Source: Macrostomum lignano
Taxonomy: Eukaryota
Direction of reading: 5' to 3'
DNA: 23,687 nt
NCBI GenBank assembly: GCA_002269645.1
Contig: NIVC01002479.1
Coordinates: 184,998 to 208,684, forward strand
The notes under the pieces: generated by a model
Told to the model about the DNA's origin: nothing
The model's input: only the letters and a program-made list of their open reading frames with translations
Databases searched by the model: none
Translations under genes and position numbers: made by a program
Part shown: in pieces, positions 11,533 through 21,195 of the stretch
How the letters are laid out: each line of letters begins with the position of its first letter
Numbering within the stretch: the first letter of the stretch is position 1

Positions 11533-12351
11533 CTTCACAAGCTGGAAACTTCACAAGCTGGAAACTTCACAAGCTGGAAACTTCACAAGCTCCAAGCTTC
11601 ACAAGCTCCAAGCTTCACAAGCTCCAAGCTTCACAAGCTCCAAGCTTCACAAGCTCCAAGCTTCACAAGCTCCAAGCTTCACAAGCTAGAAGATTCACAA
11701 GCTAGAAGATTGACAAGCTAGAAGATTCACAAGCTGGAAACTTCACAAGCTAGAAACGTCACAAGCTGCAAACTTCACAAGCTGCAAACTTCACAAGCTG
11801 GAAACTTCACAAGCTAGAAGATTCACAAGCTGGAAACTTCACAAGCTAGAAGATTCACAAGCTAGAAGATTCACAAGCTCCAAGCTTCAAAAGCTAGAAG
11901 ATTCACAAGCTGGAAGATTCACAAGCTAGAAGATTCACAAGCTGGAAGATTCACAAGCTCTAAGCTTCACACGCTAGAAGATTCACAAGCTAGAAGATTC
12001 ACAAGCTGGAAACTTCACAAGCTGGAATATTCACAAGCTAGAAGATTCACAAGCTAGAAGATTCCCAAGCTCACAAGCTCCAAGCTTCACAAGCTAGAAG
12101 ATTCACAAGCTAGAAGATTCACAAGCTAGAAGATTCACAAGCTAGAAGATTCACAAGCTAGAAGATTCACAAGCTAGAAGATTCACAAGCTAGAAGATTC
12201 ACAAGCTAGAAGATTCACAAGCTAGAAGATTCACAAGCTAGAAGATTCACAAGCTAGAAGATTCACAAGCTAGAAGATTCACAAGCTAGAAGATTCACAA
12301 GCTAGAAGATTCACAAGCTAGAAGATTCACAAGCTAGAAAATTCACAAGCT
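11533..12351. repeat. 16-bp minisatellite: constant TTCACAAGCT plus a variable hexamer (GGAAAC, CCAAGC, AGAAGA), about 51 units
   Basis: Read directly. The 3' part is near-homogeneous AGAAGATTCACAAGCT. Confidence 0.97.
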
Positions 12352-12366
12352 CTCAGTCGGGCTTAC

Positions 12367-12859
12367 CGAACTCGGCCTCTCCTTTATCCGAGCTCCACTC
12401 CCACGGCTCGGCAGTCAACAGGCCAATGCTGGCGCGACGGCAGAAGTCGCGCAGCGCATGCGCAGCGGCCAGCCGCAGCCGGTCGGGCTGATCGAAGCCG
12501 GCCAGCCGCAGCAGTAGCCGGCCGCAGCCGTCGCCATCGCCGGCAAGCAGGCGGATCCGCAGTCGAAGACAAGGTCCGGCGGCTGGAGAATCTCCCAACA
12601 GGCTCAGCAGCTCTTCCAGCCGGCAGGGCAGCTGTCGCTCCTCGGCAATCAGCTGGCGGCCGCGCAGCCGGCCGGGCTGGTCGAGCGAGCTGGCGAGAAA
12701 CTCTGCGGCCAGGCCGGCAAGGGCGGAGTTGGCCGGCCGGCCGGGACCGCGCAGCAGACGGAGACAGCAGGCGGCCAGGCCGGGGTTGGACAGCAGGCCG
12801 AACTGCAGGGGACAGCGGGGCGACTCGTGCAGCAGCCAGTGGAGAGTGGAAATCTGGAT
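12367..12859 (-). CDS. THADA: THADA-like internal exon, 493 nt ([36 protein letters not shown]...[22 protein letters not shown]...GEAEF)
   Basis: Acceptor CCCCCCCCCCGCAG|ATC and donor TTCG|GTAAGC. Phase 0 in, phase 1 out. The frame is open for 164 codons with Leu/Ala-rich HEAT-like content, and its 3' part equals track ORF 12353..12598. Confidence 0.88.
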
Positions 12860-12915
12860 CTGCGGGGGGGGGGAGAGGGGAGCACTGGAATTGCAAATAT
12901 GGCAGTGGCATGGAT

Positions 12916-12916
12916 A

Positions 12917-12961
<45 letters not shown>

Positions 12962-12992
12962 CTAAGACAGACAGACAGACAGACAGACACTA

Positions 12993-13073
<81 letters not shown>

Positions 13074-13082
13074 CAGACACTA

Positions 13083-13119
<37 letters not shown>

Positions 13120-13120
13120 C

Positions 13121-13159
<39 letters not shown>

Positions 13160-13162
13160 CTA

Positions 13163-13211
<49 letters not shown>

Positions 13212-13214
13212 CTA

Positions 13215-13274
<60 letters not shown>

Positions 13275-13342
13275 TGCCAGGCAGACACTAACACAGACAG
13301 TCAGACAGACAGACAGACAGACAGACGAACAGACACACAGGC

Positions 13343-13414
<72 letters not shown>

Positions 13415-13428
13415 TGCCAGGCAGACAC
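12916..13428. repeat. (GACA)n microsatellite with CACTAA interruptions and two CTGCCAGGCAGACAC elements 140 bp apart
   Basis: Read directly. Confidence 0.97.
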
Positions 13429-14063
13429 GGGGGCATGTAATAAAAACAGTATGCATTAAGACAAAAAAGCCAGTGCATTCTGTTTTGGAGAATTAGCATC
13501 GGATCACCCATGAATTTTGCGTACATAAAACACCTGCTTGCCGGACGGACCCTCTGTTGAACAGAATATTTAACAAGAAATCGAAGGAAAAAATTCCATG
13601 GTAAATCGAAATGCTGCGCAGATTCAAAGCGTAACCTGACACCGCTTAGCCCGCCATCCCCGAGGTTCGAATACAGCGATTTGAATGCCGAGTAAAAAGT
13701 GAGAAAAGCTACTTTCAAACCCCAATCGATGCACTATCCGGTAAGTCACGCGAGTTGGCCAACCCAGTTCTTACAGTTCCTCAATCCCTAGTTCGCGTTT
13801 CATTGATCCTAGCAGCTCGGGAAAGTCTTAAAGAGGCCAGAATCCTACCGAAAATCTTCCACGACACTGCATCAGCTTCTATCGATCGTTGATCCAAATG
13901 CAACATGACTGCCTGGCGGCGGCTGAGAGAAAGGATGCAACATGCACTTGCGTATGCGGAAACAGACAGAAAATGATGATGTGACAGGCTGACACTAAGA
14001 TGACAGGCGCGACAGGATAGCATAGAAAAATAGACTGACTAGAAGTAAAGCAGACCAACGGAG

Positions 14064-14065
14064 GC

Positions 14066-14110
<45 letters not shown>

Positions 14111-14745
14111 CACAGACACAAATAGACAGGCAGACAAGCGGACACAAATAGACAGACAGACACAGACATAAATAGACAGGCAGACACACAGACACAAATA
14201 GACAGGCAGACACACAGACACAAATAGACAGGCAGACACACAGAGACACAGACACAAATAGACAGGCAGACACACAGAGACACAGACACAAATAGACAGG
14301 CAGACACACAGAGACACAGACACAAATAGACAGGCAGACACACAGACACAAATAGACAGGCAGACACACAGACACAAATAGACAGGCAGACACACAGACA
14401 CAAATAGACAGGCAGAGACAGACACATGGACAGACAAACACACACAGAAACATAAGGCCATCAAAGCAGGCACGCGGACACAAATAGACAGGCAGACACG
14501 CGGACACAAATAGACAGGCAGACACGCGGACACAAATAGACAGGCAGACACGCGGACACAAATAGACAGGCAGACACGCGGACACAAATAGACAGGCAGA
14601 CACGCGGACACAAATAGACAGGCAGACACGCGGACACAAATAGACAGGCAGACACACAGACACAAATAGACAGGCAGACACACAAATATAAATAGACAGG
14701 CAGACACGCGGACACAAATAGACAGGCAGACACGCGGACACAAAC
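14064..14745. repeat. Compound GACA-derived repeat: short pure (GACA)n, then 26-bp (GACACAAATAGACAGGCAGACACACA or ...CACGCG) and 32-bp units
   Basis: Read directly. The homogeneous 26-bp GCG variant runs over about 14470-14745. Confidence 0.95.
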
Positions 14746-14775
14746 ACCAGGATTCTGAGGCGCAATCCAACAGAC

Positions 14776-15418
14776 CTCTGCACAGCGGGGCGCCGGCATC
14801 TCCAGCCAGGTGAGCAGCAGGCCCGCAGCGGCAGAGCTGGCCAAGTCGGGCACGTGGCCAACAGCGGACCGCTGGCCCAGCGCGCGCAGCAGCTCGCAAG
14901 CCAGCTCCGTGCAGGCGGCGAACATGTCCGGTCCGTCAGGCTCGTCCAGAATTGTTGGCCAAGCCGACTCGGCTGACGCCAGAAATGTCGCCGGGTCGTC
15001 GTGCAGCCGCCTGCCAATCAGTCGGGCCAGGCGGCCGTCGGACGCCTGCAGGAGCCGCAGGACGGGCTCGGCAGCCAGCGGCCTGAGCAGGGCCCGGAGC
15101 GCCCTGGCGTAGGCGGCGGCCAAAGTCGGACAGCAACCGGACGGCAGGGCCAGCCAATCCAGGCGGTCGAGGCAAAGGCCGGCCAGGCGGCCGAACACGG
15201 ACTGGCGCTCCTCGCGGCCGGGCAGCGCCGGAGCCAGTTCGGCGGCCGCGGCGGCCAACTGCAGCAGGGCGCCGTGCAGTTGGTTGGCGCCAAATGTTGG
15301 GCGCAGGCCGCAGATGATGATGCGCTCGGCTAATCCGGCCAGCTGGTGTCCGGGCACCACGGCTACCAGGGCGCGAGCCGAGAGGTGCCGGACGCGGATC
15401 ATGGGGCTGGAACCGCAG
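14776..15418 (-). CDS. THADA: THADA-like internal exon, 643 nt (CGSSPMIRVRHLSARALVAVVP...ANQLHGALLQ...LDWLALPSGCCPTLAAAY...LLTWLEMPAPRCAE)
   Basis: Acceptor ACCTTGACAG|C (phase 2) and donor GAG|GTCTGT (phase 0). This is the non-repeat part of track ORF 14461..15402 and carries the strongest THADA motifs. Confidence 0.9.
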
Positions 15419-16843
15419 CTGTCAAGGTCGATGGCAGATTTGGGATCATAGAGGCGTCTTCTCTAGGTTGAATTGCAAAATGCAATTTTTTCCTAAATCC
15501 CTGCCACAGTGCCATCCCAAATCCCATGGAGTATCCTTGCAAATTTAGTCCAGACAGCTCGAGATGTCTAAAGCATAGGCTTACTAGTACTCATTGCAGA
15601 AGCTTCGAACGGGTCTGAGACGGTATAGTCCAACCACAGAGCAAAATAAAGTACAAGTGGTTTTATTGGCTATGTATACTGTTTGCACTACTGTTAGTTC
15701 CAAGTTCCAGATCAACTCAAGCTGTACTTTTACTTTAGAATATGAAATGACTGCTTGCAAAACTTCCTACCAATCACAGTTAGGCTGTTCTGAATTCTTC
15801 TTGTCGAAAGACGATTTTAAGATACAGATGAATTATGCTGTACACGGAACTTCAAGAAGTGACTACATCCTTTGGAGATATGGTTAGCCATGGATTCCCA
15901 ATAATTGCAGCAAACCTTGGACATTTTGCGAGAAGATCCAAGGCCACATTTCCAGGAATTGATGTCTTCGTAGTCCTCAAACATGCTGCTCCTAACTGCT
16001 TAAGAAGTCTGACAAGTCTCCCAAAAATATTTCCCGAAAAGCCTGCGACCATTTCATGGTTAGCGACTAGCTTGTTACTGTGTCCGTTAGCAAAGAATAT
16101 GCAACTTATTTTTCCGACGTTTTAAGACGTTTAACAGATACACTTGATAGCTCTGCCAGGCCGAGATATTTCCAAAGCCAAAGAAGACACAAATGTCTTT
16201 GTACAAGTATGAGAAATTTGCGCAAACAATTTCTGATGCTTGCATTTGGCAAAGTGAGCAGAAACTCACCAATGCAACGAATGCTACTGCAATCTAGTTA
16301 GCAAATCAGCTGGAAAGGAATTCTCCTTTTCTTTTTGCTTTTAATCCGTCACATTTCCAATTGTCGCGCCTTGTCGCACTTGCACTGATCAATTTCTGAC
16401 TAAATCCTCCGACGGAGAGTGAAAGTAAACACTGCATAGTTGTACACCTGTGCCCAGTTGAATACACAGTGGCACACCCTCTTAATCCGCGTCTTATCCA
16501 AGTCTTCGAGGCAAATTTCATCAAAAAAAACCAAAAGAAATTCGAGTTCTGAGCTGCGCCAACATGTTTGAAAACTGCTCCACTTGCTAAGCTTGTTTGC
16601 AGGATTGTTAGAAGCAAAAAGAATCAAGTATTCTCTGCTATTTAACATGATCATCTGGATGGTTCATACGGATAACAGATCGCAAGTCGTTAACACAAGT
16701 CTGTAGCTCATGTCTCTCATATTGTTAGTTCGTTGCTGATGTTGACACGGTGTTGCTCAGTATTGTTTATACAGGTTTTTTATACAGGTCTTTCTGCTGC
16801 TCATGCTTGCCATGCAGGTGTTGCTCTTGCTACAATGGGAAAA

Positions 16844-18130
16844 TTACAGCAACGCAGTGGCCACTGTGAGCCGATCCTCCCGCCGCCGTCCCATCCGCTC
16901 TCGCAGCGGCCAGCTGGTCATCTGCTCGCTCCCGTCCGCTGACCTGACGCAGCGACCAAGCGTTACTACGGCCAAAAATTCCGAACGAAATTGGCGATCC
17001 CTGCACAGCAGCACCGCCCAGTTGATGGACTGATTTACGAGGATCAGAATCTGGCCGATGTCGCTGATGTTGTACACTGAGCGAAGGCCCATAACGCCGC
17101 CTCCACCGATGCTGCTATCGTTGTCGCTTTCGTCGCCAAAGACGGTCCGGCGCATGACGACGAAGCCAACGGCGCACACAGGCAGGCCGCACATCAGAAA
17201 GACAACGGAAAGCGCCACTACAACCAGAGTCGGCGCCAGTTCCTCCGCCGCTGCTAGTCTGGCGCCGCCGTGTCGTCTAGAGCTGCGCCCGAGTCGTCTG
17301 GTGCCTCCGTGCCGCCTGGTGTCCGCATTACCGCCAAAAAAGTTTCCCGAGGAGCGGCGAAGACGGCAAAGCCGCACAAGAAGAAGACTGTTGCACACTG
17401 ACACGGCCAGCATCTGGAGGCTGGGCGGCTGCAGCAGTAACACGGTCGAGAAGATGGTCCACAGACGCACGGAGTCGCCATAGAAAGGCACTGGAAGGCA
17501 GGCGATGCGGCCGCCGCCGCCCTGCACCAGGCGATGCCAGCCCCAGAATGCTGGCACGGGGCCGGCCATGGCGATGGTCGCCACGAAGGCGCCGGTGGCC
17601 GCCTTGGCCGCCGAGCGGAGGCTGAGCGAGCGCGCCTTCAGCGGCCGATAGAGGGCGTTCAGACGGTCCAGCGTCATCAGCAGGAACCAGTTGGCCGACA
17701 GGGCGTGGAAAAAGTTGTGCGCGAACCGGAAGCCGCGGCACATGCCGTCCGACATGTTGGGGATAATTATCCCAACGCGGCCACCGGAGAGCCAGGGCAG
17801 CCCCTTGGCCAGCACCTGCCAGCCCAGGCCCCAGCAGATGAGGTTGCCCCAGTCCGACAGCGCAATGCAGGCCAGGTAAAAATGCAGCCGAGTTCGCTGA
17901 CGAATTCGACGAAAGATCACGTGCACCGTGAGCAGGTTGCCCACCGTTCCCATGGCAACGGCCACTGGGACCACGGCGCCGGCCAGGAAGCCGAGCACGG
18001 TGGCCGTGGCGCAGTCGAGACTGGAGCTGTCCACCAGGCAGTCCACCTGCAAGTCCAGCAGGGTGTCCAGGTAAGAATCGTTCAGGTAGCGCTGCAGCAT
18101 CTCGCTGCGCTGATCAGGCGACCAGGGCAT
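16844..18130 (-). CDS. Intronless class A (rhodopsin-like) 7TM GPCR, 428 aa, of divergent peptide-receptor type (FMRFamide/sex-peptide-receptor-like or flatworm-expanded orphan group)
   Basis: Seven hydrophobic segments with class A landmarks: TM1 GTVGN, TM2 IALSD, ECL1-TM3 Cys (MCR), TM3 LDRLNALYRP, ECL2 Cys, TM5 Pro plus N, TM6 FLMCGLP, TM7 NQSINW, and helix 8 FRSEF. An N-glycosylation sequon NDS lies in the N-terminus. Confidence 0.93.
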   Translation of the reverse strand: MPWSPDQRSEMLQRYLNDSYLDTLLDLQVDCLVDSSSLDCATATVLGFLAGAVVPVAVAMGTVGNLLTVHVIFRRIRQRTRLHFYLACIALSDWGNLICWGLGWQVLAKGLPWLSGGRVGIIIPNMSDGMCRGFRFAHNFFHALSANWFLLMTLDRLNALYRPLKARSLSLRSAAKAATGAFVATIAMAGPVPAFWGWHRLVQGGGGRIACLPVPFYGDSVRLWTIFSTVLLLQPPSLQMLAVSVCNSLLLVRLCRLRRSSGNFFGGNADTRRHGGTRRLGRSSRRHGGARLAAAEELAPTLVVVALSVVFLMCGLPVCAVGFVVMRRTVFGDESDNDSSIGGGGVMGLRSVYNISDIGQILILVNQSINWAVLLCRDRQFRSEFLAVVTLGRCVRSADGSEQMTSWPLRERMGRRREDRLTVATALL

Positions 18131-20775
18131 TGCCGGTGGAGAGGCAGCTGAGCTGCGTTATCTTGCTGCTGGCTGGCTGTTTGATATCGCGCCTATTGCG
18201 ATGGTATTTTGCCGGTCAGTTGTGTCCGATACTTGCGGGGTGTGGTCTGTGGCCTGCTATTAGGCAGCTGATATACATATACAGCCTTATAGCCATACAC
18301 GTGAGCAACGTTGCTGCCCTATTCCCCATTCCCCCTCCCCAAGACTCTTATTCGTCAAGAAAACCTCGGATGCACTTAACGAATGACAGGCCCGTGATAG
18401 AGAGAAAGCGCCTACTCAAGCTCCTAAGTTCGACCAAGTTCGTCAAGTAAGTGCGCACGCTTGTTCAGGCTCGAGGCCCTCTAATAGAATTTCATGTCAA
18501 GTTGGTTTGCTTAGGGCAAACCTGGCTTTCAAGAGAGTCCACTGGAACCACTGGAGTCAAAGGCTCCCTGGAGTCAAGATCGGAGGCTGGGCGGATATTG
18601 TCTTAGAGGAGCCGCAAGTGAATTGTTGAACTAATTCACTTACTAAGACAGGTGGAGCTTCCAAAATTAGCAATCCCAAAATGCACACACTGTCATTCCA
18701 AATGGATGGATTTGTGGACAAGTGACAGGCCAGGTAAAAAAGCAATGGAAATTTAAGTACACGAGGAGACAGAAAATGTTGAGTAAGTTTGAGCTTCTAT
18801 CCAGGCACCGGAGCACTACGACCCTTGACCCAGTTCTTACATTTGAATCTTGAATTGATTTTAAAGACAGGCATGCAGTAGAAATGCAGGGTGGGGGGGG
18901 GGGTTGCAGCCATACCCACAAAGCACTGTGCATGCTCTACACAGCTGTATTGCAGCGGCTGTATCATTAGCTAGCTGTTGTTGCCTTGGTTACCTTACAG
19001 CTGGCCAGACGTCTTCCAATGTCATCTTGTGTACTACTATTTTTACATAATAGCGATTTCCAGTCCAACACACACTACAAGTTCCTTCCGATTCTGAGAG
19101 AGATAGTGTGGCTGAAAGCAGAAAATACACAAAAAATACCTGGCCAAGAGGAGAAAAAGCAGATGAGTACAAAAGAGAATAGACTTGAATTTCCGCGTCA
19201 CAGCTACGCTAAAAAAGCAACTTCTTTGCATCTCCAATGCTCTACGCTGTGGATTCTGCGGGATCATTTATTGAAAAATCTGTCATTCAATATCCTCAGT
19301 TACAGGATGCAGATTTGGCTTTCGCTGACTGAGAGAAATGTGCTACATCAGCTTGTCTGTAATTTTTTTTGAAATTGATTTAATCATCGTTCACAGTTGA
19401 CTCGAAAAGTACAAAATAATGTCAAGATAAGTGCACGATTATTCGTACTTCGAATAAGTCTAGACAATGACTAGTGAATTACCCGTTCTAATTTAACTTC
19501 TGGTTGCTAATCTCTTTCAAAACTTAAACTATGCGATATATCGTATAATGTCAAGTCCATATCGACTAGTGACATTAAACAACCTGCGTTTTAATGAACG
19601 ATTATCGTCGATAATTGATGGCAATATTAACAAACTTCCATGAAAAATACATTCTACACCACCATTGTCGCAATAGCATCGATGTTTCTTGTTTTTATTC
19701 GTTTCTAAACCAGATTTTTAACAATTTTCATCGACTTTTAAGACACGAAAGTCGACCGAAAGTTGTATATGTTGTACCGCTTTTTGTCTGCGTTTCAGCA
19801 ACTTTCAAAAGTTGATAATCGATTTGTAAGACCGCTATCTACAGGAGGCCGCTACTCTCTTGTGTAACTCACGTCGAACAAAATGAAGCGGGGGTGCAGG
19901 TTGCAGATCAACTGGTATTCGCACCAGACGTGACACTACTTAACCGCAAACATTCCCGTACGCATGTCTGACTTGTCAGGCGTAAGTTCATTAACTACGC
20001 AATCGTGTTTTAGTGAATTTTCTCACAGGATCTTTGTATTGAATATTTCCATCTCTACATTTCCCGTGGACAGGCAAATGCCGTATCATCTTTGGAGAAG
20101 CTTAACGGCTTTGATTTCGTTATCAGATGTCCCCGTCCCCGCTTCCTGCACTAGTTTGACGGTGGTGTGGTGTCTGTCCGATGGCTCTTGCGACAGCTTA
20201 TTATGCCAGAACGAGACCAGCCGATCTAAACAACGCCATCTTTAAACCAGCGAAAGTCTATTTATAAATGGTGTCCGCAGCCATCAAACTCGGGCTCATT
20301 CACGTCGGCAGCAGAAAATCAGAGTGCCGAAAGCTGCCAGTCAGTCGCCACATTGACAGACTTTGAGCAAGCAACGTGGAGAATGATTAACGCGATCAAG
20401 GCCATGTAAATTTAGTAGGAATTAAACTTCACGGTAAACAGCACCAGAATGAAAATAGATTTCATGGTGCAACTCTGCCAAATGGCCTATTCCTGGAACT
20501 AAGAAAAAGACTGACTGAAGACGGCTTCACGCTTCGTTGCAATCAGTGCCGACTCTTCAACAAGCTTCCGTTTCGGGCGGATGAAGGCCATTCAAGCGGA
20601 TTTTGATGCCAGCCTCTGTCCAATGTATTGCGCAAAACGTACGCCCGTGTATTGCGCAAAATAAATGCAACATACGAAGGGGTCGCCTTCCCCACCTCGT
20701 CGCTGCTTTGTGCTCGCTGCCAACCTGCTACCTTTGCCTTCCTTTTGCTGCTGGTGGGGTTGCGGGTTAACTCAT

Positions 20776-20947
20776 AATATTCAGTTAATATACAGGCGTT
20801 TACTGAATATTCAGGTGTATATTCAGATATATATTCATTTTAGGAGCTAAATTAGACGTACATTCAGGTGTGTATTCAGATGTACATTCAGATGTATCTT
20901 CATTTGTACGAGCTATATTCAGATGTACATACAGGTGCTATATTCAC
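20776..20947. repeat. Degenerate 12-bp tandem repeat (TATTCAGRTGTA-like) next to a THADA donor site
   Basis: ATTCAG/ATTCA words recur at 12-bp spacing, interrupted twice by ...GAGCTA. Confidence 0.75.
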
Positions 20948-20954
20948 TACTCAC

Positions 20955-21080
20955 GCAATAATGAGCGGCACAAATACGCCGGTGTCCAAGCCGCCGTCGT
21001 GCACCGCTGAGGTCTCCTTCACAGGCGGAGTCAGGCGGGAGAACAGCAGGAGGATTGGAAATAGCTCGGGTGTCAGGGCA
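20955..21080 (-). CDS. THADA: THADA-like internal exon, 126 nt (ALTPELFPILLLFSRLTPPVKETSAVHDGGLDTGVFVPLII)
   Basis: Acceptor CAATTTTTACAG|T and donor GC|GTGAGT. Phase 2 in and phase 2 out. It joins the 15418 exon to give FVPLIIACGSSP. Confidence 0.9.
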
Positions 21081-21195
21081 CTGTAAAAATTGTTTTTTTA
21101 AAATGTGCCAAATTATATTCCAAGATTGGCTGGCGCAGACAAATGCCAAGCCGCACTTAAAGCAATTTCAGATAATAAAAAGTAGCAATACTTAC

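Noticed and set aside
11533-12351. CRISPR-like appearance (constant repeat with variable spacer)
   Set aside because: The spacers are only 6 nt and drawn from a few recurring variants, the context is a eukaryotic intron, and there are no cas genes.
14746-14775. Alternative donor CCTG|GTGTTT at 14747
   Set aside because: It is phase 1 and would put the next exon in the wrong frame. The donor at 14775 yields a HEAT-like, THADA-consistent join ([20 protein letters not shown]).
15400-15402. ATG at 15402 as a gene start
   Set aside because: It is internal to an exon. The frame continues upstream to the acceptor at 15419 and on to further THADA exons near 21 kb.
14810-18151. Plus-strand ORFs 14810..15112, 15001..15333, 17058..17483 and 17534..18151, and alternative minus-strand frames
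   Set aside because: They are GC-rich antisense or off-frame shadows of the THADA exon and the GPCR.
10746-19699. Minus-strand AATAAA hexamers (about 10746, 11172, 15662, 19694) as functional poly(A) sites
   Set aside because: They are frequent in AT-rich intron sequence and cannot be assigned without 3'-end data. The one at 15662 remains only a candidate for the GPCR 3' end.
18130-20850. Short ORFs in the 5' part of the large intron (for example 18986..19372 and 19964..20245) as genes or transposase fragments
   Set aside because: There are no recognisable motifs, terminal inverted repeats or target-site duplications, and lengths are compatible with chance.
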